51,688 nt of DNA from Candidatus Hodarchaeota archaeon (GTDB lineage: Archaea; Asgardarchaeota; Heimdallarchaeia; Hodarchaeales; Hodarchaeaceae): NCBI GenBank assembly GCA_016839815.1, contig JAEOTM010000137.1:1-51688 (forward strand). Direction: 5' to 3'. Shown here one piece after another: positions 45,444 to 51,688 of this stretch. The position numbers were made by a program, and so were the translations under genes. How positions within the stretch are numbered: position 1 is the stretch's first letter; every line of letters begins with the position of its first letter. A model generated the notes under the pieces. The model had not been told where the DNA came from. It saw only the letters and a program-made list of their open reading frames with translations, and made no database searches.

Positions 45444-48146
45444 ATGAAAAATAAAGTTCAAGAGGACTTACAACGGGTGGAACAGCTACTGACGCAGAGA
45501 GAATACCAGAGTGCTCTTGAAATATTAGATGATATTTCTACAACGGATAAATTGAAGATAGAGAACCAAGCTGCAATTTTGTTCTTCAGAAGTAAGGCTA
45601 GAACAAAACTTGGGGAGTATAACAAAGCAAATACAATCTTGGAAGAACTTTTATCCTTAGATAAAAAAATGATAGATCAAATACTGGCAATTGATATATT
45701 AATTCTCAAAGCAGAAATTTATTGGCGGTTAGGGAACTTTGAGGGGGGTATAAAGTCAGTAGAAGAAGGATTAAACCTACTTTCAAAAAGAGGAACAGAA
45801 AAAACCGTTATTTCAAAGAAAGTGGATTTTTTACGCCATGGAGGGATCATCCACTGGTATATGGGAAACCTTGATGATGCTGTCTCATTTCATAAGGAAA
45901 GTCTAGAACTCTCTAAGATGGAAAAGGACAAAAAAGGGATTGGCGATTCTCTTAACAATTTAGGACTTGTTTATCAGTCCAAAGGGGAACACAAATCAGC
46001 GTTAGAATATTATGAGAAGAGTTTGCATATTTATGAAGACCTCGGGGATAAAGATACAATTGCAAAATTACTCAACAATATAGGTATCAATTATTCCTCA
46101 GTAGGCGATCAAGAAAAGGCTTTAGATTTTTTCCTAAGAACTTATAAAATTAGACAGGAATTAGGGAAAAAAACGGAAATAGCAATGACTCTCCTAAATT
46201 TAGGGGCTATTTATAGATTAAAGGGAGAGCTCTCAGATGCATTGGAGCATTATCAGAAAGGACAAAAATTATACGAGGAAATAATTGACAGAAAAGGAAT
46301 AGCTTTAGCTCTAAACAACCTAGGTGATATTTATCAGCTAAAAGGAGATCTTGATCTAGCATTGGAATATTATCAAGAAAGTCTTACTCTATATGAGGAG
46401 TTAGGAATTAAGGAGGATATAGCAATGTCCCTTACAAACATAGGTGAATTGTTTAGAGAGAAACGAAATCCAGAGTGGGCATTAAAATATTATGAACGAA
46501 GTTTAACCATGTATGAGGAGTTACAGAATGATTCCTCTGCAACCACGGTCCTATATGAACTAGTATTACTAGCTCTGGATAATAATGATCTAAAACTTGC
46601 ACAACAGCATTTTGATAGAATTAAACAAATTTCAGAGAGAACAGAGAACCGAGTTGTAAAACATCGCTATCTGATCGCCCATGCTCTTATCTTGAAATCT
46701 CACAAACGAACCCGTCATAAAATGAAAGCTGAAGAACTCCTTTTAGAAGTAGTGGAAGATAAAAGTGTTAATCATGTACTTACTATTACAGCAATGATTC
46801 ATCTTTGTGACTTACTGTTATATGAATTAAAGATGACTGGAGAAGATGAAATCCTAGATGAAGTCAAAGATCTGATAGAAGAACTTCATGAAATCGCAAA
46901 ACACCAAACATCTTACTCCCTGCTAATAGAAACTTACGTTCTACAATCCAAATTAGCACTTCTAGAAATGGATGTTCAAACGGCACAGAAACTACTAGGG
47001 AAAGCATTAGTTACAGCAGAAAAAAAGGGCTTACGGAACTTAGCAATTAAGATTTATAGTGAAAAAACCCTATTAGAAACACAAATAGAGAAATGGGAAC
47101 ATTTAGTTAAACGGAAAGCTCCCTTAAACGAAAGACTCAAGTTAACGCGATTAGAAGAAATAATAGTGAGAATCGGAAAGGATAAACCTGAAATAACAGA
47201 GGAGGAAATTAACCAGTACTCTATAAGAGCAAAAAGTATTGCGAGACCGTTTGATATTCTACCCAAACGTAAATATCATCTAAAGTATGTGAATCTCTTG
47301 AAAGACACCTCAAATGTCGAAAAACCGAATTTTCGAGTAGCTATAGCACAAATCGGTAAATCAACTTCAGGTAATTTACTACATGAATTTTATACAGAAC
47401 AGAAAGAAGGATTATTTCTTCTCAAGGAAGAAAAATTACCCATTGTAAGTAAAAAAGTTAGAGAATTGATAGAAGAAGCACATACAGAGGGAGTTAACAT
47501 CATAATTTTCCCTGAACTAGCAATTGACCTAAATTACCAACGACTATTAGAGGAAATAACTAAACTAGCTAATAACTTTCAGATGTATATCATCCCTGGA
47601 TCCTACCATGATCAGGAAACAAATAGAAACATCAGTATAATTATAGGCCCCAATGGGATTCTTTGGCAACAAGAGAAACATATACCTGCAATCATCCATT
47701 ACCAAGGAAGACGGTTCAAGGAAGGGATCGACTTAGAATATGGTCAACGAGAATTGATTGTTGGGATAACAGAATATGGAACAATGGCCATTGCTATTTG
47801 CAGAGATTTTTTGGATATGGATTTACGAGTTGAACTTAAAAATGCAGATCCACCCATAGATTTGGTATTCAACCCTGCATTTACACCAGTTACCGAGGAT
47901 TTTAAAGCAGTTCATTATGATGCCCGAAGATCGATTTTTGCATACTGTTTCTTTGCAAACATCGCAGAAGTTGGAAATTCATTTATCTTTACACCAGAAA
48001 GAGAACGAAAGGAGAGAATTATTCCTCCCATGAAAGAATCTATTATATACAAGGATGTAGATCTATTTCGACTTCGATCAGAACGAAAAAAATGGGAAAA
48101 GGAACATTCAAAGCAAAGACCATTCATTCAGAGCACAAGAGAATAA
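45444..48146 (+). CDS. TPR-repeat protein with C-terminal carbon-nitrogen hydrolase (nitrilase) domain
   Basis: 40-aa repeats such as SLNNLGLVYQSKGEHKSALEYYEKSL and ALNNLGDIYQLKGDLDLALEYYQESL; then RVAIAQI, IIIFPEL, IIPGS, QEKH, AICRDF (E-K-C triad). ORF track starts at TTG 45429. Confidence 0.88.
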   Translation: MKNKVQEDLQRVEQLLTQREYQSALEILDDISTTDKLKIENQAAILFFRSKARTKLGEYNKANTILEELLSLDKKMIDQILAIDILILKAEIYWRLGNFEGGIKSVEEGLNLLSKRGTEKTVISKKVDFLRHGGIIHWYMGNLDDAVSFHKESLELSKMEKDKKGIGDSLNNLGLVYQSKGEHKSALEYYEKSLHIYEDLGDKDTIAKLLNNIGINYSSVGDQEKALDFFLRTYKIRQELGKKTEIAMTLLNLGAIYRLKGELSDALEHYQKGQKLYEEIIDRKGIALALNNLGDIYQLKGDLDLALEYYQESLTLYEELGIKEDIAMSLTNIGELFREKRNPEWALKYYERSLTMYEELQNDSSATTVLYELVLLALDNNDLKLAQQHFDRIKQISERTENRVVKHRYLIAHALILKSHKRTRHKMKAEELLLEVVEDKSVNHVLTITAMIHLCDLLLYELKMTGEDEILDEVKDLIEELHEIAKHQTSYSLLIETYVLQSKLALLEMDVQTAQKLLGKALVTAEKKGLRNLAIKIYSEKTLLETQIEKWEHLVKRKAPLNERLKLTRLEEIIVRIGKDKPEITEEEINQYSIRAKSIARPFDILPKRKYHLKYVNLLKDTSNVEKPNFRVAIAQIGKSTSGNLLHEFYTEQKEGLFLLKEEKLPIVSKKVRELIEEAHTEGVNIIIFPELAIDLNYQRLLEEITKLANNFQMYIIPGSYHDQETNRNISIIIGPNGILWQQEKHIPAIIHYQGRRFKEGIDLEYGQRELIVGITEYGTMAIAICRDFLDMDLRVELKNADPPIDLVFNPAFTPVTEDFKAVHYDARRSIFAYCFFANIAEVGNSFIFTPERERKERIIPPMKESIIYKDVDLFRLRSERKKWEKEHSKQRPFIQSTRE

Positions 48147-48238
48147 ATTCTCATTCGAATCTAAAGAAATTTCCACGTATTCAAATCTTAAGGGAATATC
48201 CAATAACTCTAAGAAGATGATCTAGAAGATTAGTGAGC

Positions 48239-48913
48239 TCACTGCGAAATAAGGACCTGGTGTCTTTGATAATTCTGTGCCAGACCTCCAAATATCAATA
48301 CAATAATTGGTATAAACATTAATGCAGCAAGTAATTCAATAAATTGGATCAATGCCTCACTGTTCACACCCAAGATAGTCAATCCAAGCATACCAAGTGA
48401 AATGAGTGAATAAGCAACTAATGAAAATGGAAAAAGCCTTACCATCTCAATCTGAATTTTCGAAGGTATACGTGAACTCAACCAATTTGTAGGTTTATTT
48501 ATCAAAGTGGCAAGTAAACAAGTAATTAGAGCAAGATCTATTACCCAACCACCTCCCATAAGCAGCTGAACTATAGCCAGTCCTAATAAAACTAAAACTC
48601 CATACTTTCCATCTAGACATTTTACCGACCAGAATATGAACAAATAGCTAAAGAAAATTGCTAAAGTTCCTGTAAGTAAGAAATTAGGGATGATAGTTAT
48701 TGCAAAATATGTAAAATCATCAGCCATACTATATTTCGGACCAATTGTACTGATGGTAAAGCCATCTGGAACGATATTACCTTGAAGAACTTCAAAAATT
48801 CCCGCAATAATACCTGTTAGTCCACAAAGTATAGCAAAAGCAATAACTACAACTCTAGTTCCATTTACATTACGCCAGTACATCTTTCTGTGCTCCTGTT
48901 CAGATAACCCCAA
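48239..48913 (-). CDS. Multi-TM hypothetical membrane protein
   Basis: About six hydrophobic segments; GIFEVLQGN and AITIIPNFLLTG motifs. Start uncertain. Confidence 0.75.
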   Translation of the reverse strand: MGLSEQEHRKMYWRNVNGTRVVVIAFAILCGLTGIIAGIFEVLQGNIVPDGFTISTIGPKYSMADDFTYFAITIIPNFLLTGTLAIFFSYLFIFWSVKCLDGKYGVLVLLGLAIVQLLMGGGWVIDLALITCLLATLINKPTNWLSSRIPSKIQIEMVRLFPFSLVAYSLISLGMLGLTILGVNSEALIQFIELLAALMFIPIIVLIFGGLAQNYQRHQVLISQ

Positions 48914-49022
48914 ATAGAAAGGAGAATATATAATATCTGTTTGATATCAATTGACAGAGATTAATAAATATTGTTAAAGGGGTGATATATCAAGCCACAC
49001 TTCCTCCTCCAGAGTATACATC

Positions 49023-50081
49023 CTAATCCCAATAATTAAGAATGAGAAAATAACCTCCAAATATTAGTAATAACATAAACCCGAAAAGAACATTATGTGG
49101 AAAAGTGGGTTCTTCAACATACTTGGAAGAAACAACAGGAAAAGGATCGACATTCCTTCCACTACCAGCAATATAATAAGGGACGTCGACAATTCCATCA
49201 TCATTATCGTCTGGACTTACCCAATTGTCCCAATAGTTATTATCGAATTGATTTGCGATTCCATCATCTTTTACTTGCCATTTATTTGCATTATTTGCAA
49301 TAAAGGTATTTTGGGTAATACGATTATGAAAACTCCAGTAATTAAGGAAAAGGCCTTCGTACGTGTTGTTGAGGAATAAATTGTCAATAAGGATATTATT
49401 TTCTCCTAAAAGATCCAGTCCCCATATTCCATTTTCATAAAAGGTATTATTCAGGATTAGACATAACGTACATTGATCGATAAGGGTGCCAGTTTCATTA
49501 TTTCGAATAATTGAATTCTTTGCAAAGGTCATATTCTCTATGGCTAAAAATTGGGTTCCATCCTTACAATTTATGATGATATTCTCCAAGATAGAGAGAT
49601 TCGATGCAGATTGACATGTAATACCAGTTCCTGTTACATTAGTAATCACATTATTGAGAATCTTTCCATTAGATGCATAAGAAAGGTAGATCCCATAATG
49701 ACCCCCAATTAATATACAATCCTTAATTTCAAAATAAACCGATGTGTTTTCGATCCTTATTAGGCATGGAAAATACCAAATCATTGAAGTATTAATGTAT
49801 AAATTCTCAATTCTAATAGGATTATCTGCGGATCCATTTCCAGGCCACCCTTTTACATTTGCTTGATGAATAAAGTCCTCATTACTTTCAATCAATATGT
49901 AAGTTGAGGAATCTTTGATTTCATATACTAAAGAAATATCTAAGGTAGCTAGTGTTTCGATAGAAGAAGGTTTTCTGTTTGTTGGACTACTAATTAATTG
50001 AAAAGCTATAAGTGAAACTAAAATAATCAAGATTGGTATAAATAATAATATTCTCCGATTTTTTATCATCAGACTCTCCAA
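49023..50081 (-). CDS. NosD-like right-handed beta-helix surface protein with N- and C-terminal hydrophobic segments
   Basis: GWPGNGSADNPIRIENL, repeated I.NN.(I/F)..N...G turns, NNYWDNW, DGIVDVPYYI, DPFP. Confidence 0.82.
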   Translation of the reverse strand: MESLMIKNRRILLFIPILIILVSLIAFQLISSPTNRKPSSIETLATLDISLVYEIKDSSTYILIESNEDFIHQANVKGWPGNGSADNPIRIENLYINTSMIWYFPCLIRIENTSVYFEIKDCILIGGHYGIYLSYASNGKILNNVITNVTGTGITCQSASNLSILENIIINCKDGTQFLAIENMTFAKNSIIRNNETGTLIDQCTLCLILNNTFYENGIWGLDLLGENNILIDNLFLNNTYEGLFLNYWSFHNRITQNTFIANNANKWQVKDDGIANQFDNNYWDNWVSPDDNDDGIVDVPYYIAGSGRNVDPFPVVSSKYVEEPTFPHNVLFGFMLLLIFGGYFLILNYWD

Positions 50082-50222
50082 GACATCTCAAAACAAGTAT
50101 CTCAGAATTTCATTCCTTATAGATTTTTACTTGACTTAGAGTGGTGTATCATAATTTTTCGGATTCTTCTCAGGAACTTGTCTGACAAATATCGTCATAA
50201 AACATTTCAGGATAAATCTAAT

Positions 50223-51688
50223 TTAAGTTGATGGACAAGGATTGAAACATATAACTTTCTCGATTTTACAAATCAATCCGCTTTCCTGTTCCTCGATTAT
50301 TTCAACTTGGATTGCAACTGAGCGTTCGGCGGTAAATTTAAATTCATAAATATCAAGTATCTTCTTCGTTATTAATTGGCCATCCTCTCTCCACACATAT
50401 GTCCTTCGACTTCCCGTATCACTCACTGGGGGCTGAATTTGTATTAAATAATCTCCTGCCGTTAAACAGTTTAAATCTTCCATTTTCTGATTAGGTCCAT
50501 CGATAACTCTCCAGACTTCTAAATGTACCGTAAGGGGATCAGGGCATTCAGGTATAGGACTACATGGAGAAAGGACAAAAGTTTGCTCGGATTGACAAAG
50601 ACTCCCATCTAGAGTCGGTATTGTGATTTGCACCTGAATAACAACAGTTGTTTCAGCAGAATAACTATATGTAAAAGTAGACGTAGCTTCCTCTAGGTCC
50701 TCAATGTTATCTACTCTCCAGTTAAAAGTTGGAGTCTGTCCTAGAAACTCAGATTGTACATTTATGTGAAATGAATATTCTCCTGGTGCAAAACAGGTTA
50801 AATCAGTAACCACAACAGAATTTTCAGATTCTTCTCGTACAATGGAATAAGTAATAGTTAAAGGATCAGGACATTGAGGAATTGCGGTGCAGGGAAGCAG
50901 TAGCAAAGTTTGATCTACCCTACATAGACTTCCTTCAAGGGTTGTTTGCAAAGTTTCGGCCTTGATAACGACCGCATTGTCCACTGAAAAGTCGTAGAAG
51001 AATGTATGACTAATCTCATCAGGTTGTACGACTCCATCGATTCTCCATACGAAGACCTTTTCACTTGGAAATCCAAGTACATGAAATTTATATCTTCCTT
51101 CGGTCAGGCAATTTTTGACATCCACTGGATAAGATTCAGTATCTTCAATTCGCGAAACTTGAATAGTTAAACTATTAGTATCATTGCAGGGAGGAATATC
51201 ATTACAGGGAGTAAAAGTAATAGTGTCATACGCCTGACACAAGCTCCCGTCATTAGTAATAAATAACACTTCTACTTGAATCATAACCGCTGCTTCGGCA
51301 GAATAGGTGTATGATAATACTGGGCCTGTAGTATCAGTTCGGATTTCTTCGTTAATTTTCCATATATAATTTGCATTGGAGCCTGAATCAGGTGGACCTC
51401 CAACAGCTTGAATTGTATAATCACCTGGCCCTAAACAACTCATATCGTAAATAGGGATGAACCCTTCGTTCTGAATGAGGCGGACTTCTAGATCGATGGC
51501 CAATCCTCCCGTACAGGTTGGAATATTGATGCAGGGAGTGAAAACAATCGTATCATGCGCCCGACACAAGCTCCCGTCATTAGTAATAAATAACACTTCT
51601 ACTTGAATCATAACCGCTGCTTCGGCAGAATAGGTGTATGATAATACTGGGCCTGTAGTATCAGTTCGGATTTCTTCGTTAATTTTCC
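50223..51688 (-). CDS. Cys-rich tandem-repeat (~109-aa, Ig/PKD-like) protein, 5' end outside the window
   Basis: Four complete units plus a partial one with the pattern P.C...L...C(L/F)..G.Y...W.(I/V)D...Y...(D/E)GSLC...PC; the reading frame is open to the window end. Confidence 0.8.
   Translation of the reverse strand, partial: KINEEIRTDTTGPVLSYTYSAEAAVMIQVEVLFITNDGSLCRAHDTIVFTPCINIPTCTGGLAIDLEVRLIQNEGFIPIYDMSCLGPGDYTIQAVGGPPDSGSNANYIWKINEEIRTDTTGPVLSYTYSAEAAVMIQVEVLFITNDGSLCQAYDTITFTPCNDIPPCNDTNSLTIQVSRIEDTESYPVDVKNCLTEGRYKFHVLGFPSEKVFVWRIDGVVQPDEISHTFFYDFSVDNAVVIKAETLQTTLEGSLCRVDQTLLLLPCTAIPQCPDPLTITYSIVREESENSVVVTDLTCFAPGEYSFHINVQSEFLGQTPTFNWRVDNIEDLEEATSTFTYSYSAETTVVIQVQITIPTLDGSLCQSEQTFVLSPCSPIPECPDPLTVHLEVWRVIDGPNQKMEDLNCLTAGDYLIQIQPPVSDTGSRRTYVWREDGQLITKKILDIYEFKFTAERSVAIQVEIIEEQESGLICKIEKVICFNPCPST
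51236..51688. repeat. Exact 126-bp direct repeat (51236-51361 and 51563-51688), period 327 bp
   Basis: Base-by-base identity from GACACAAGCTCC to GTTAATTTTCC; the second copy ends at the last base of the window. Confidence 0.95.

Noticed and set aside
1560-49379. Numerous 60-117 aa ORFs nested in or antisense to long genes (e.g. 7817-8062, 12533-12850, 13208-13561, 18209-18490, 44290-44580)
   Set aside because: They overlap well-supported CDSs and lack recognisable motifs; expected by chance.
51236-51688. Repeat pair as CRISPR or DGR template/variable repeats
   Set aside because: Only two copies, in frame within a CDS, fully identical (no adenine-specific mismatches), and no cas or reverse transcriptase gene nearby.

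Overview
AT-rich archaeal-looking window, most consistent with an Asgard archaeon (Heimdallarchaeia/Hodarchaeales-like). This is inferred from a longin-like domain, 40-aa TPR arrays, a NosD-type protein, Thr-rich/TM/basic C-terminal sorting tails and GGTGA/GGAGG ribosome-binding sites; no marker gene is present. Four blocks: (1) 1-13.6 kb, an uncharacterised divergent membrane locus: LolD/MacB-type ATPase, a minimal FtsX permease, a 1643-aa fusion of a degenerate (nicalin/nicastrin-like) M28 peptidase fold to a MacB/FtsX permease, two OPT-like transporters and three hypothetical proteins. (2) 13.6-32.3 kb, an alpha-glucan locus: GT-C glycosyltransferase, three surface-anchored GH57 paralogues, an anchored MapP-like EEP phosphatase, a cytoplasmic amylo-alpha-1,6-glucosidase and an anchored CBM48-like/esterase. 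(3) 32.8-44.8 kb, a light/UV and lipid-associated island: heliorhodopsin, Staygreen homologue, PlsC-type acyltransferase, longin-membrane fusion, acyl-CoA ligase, SDR, photolyase, UvsE, two DUF1295 and a PPOX-like protein. (4) 45-51.7 kb, a TPR-nitrilase fusion, a membrane protein, a beta-helix protein and a Cys-rich tandem-repeat protein truncated in an exact 126-bp repeat at the window end. No rRNA, tRNA, CRISPR array or transposase was recognised. All family calls are from motif recognition by eye, not database searches.
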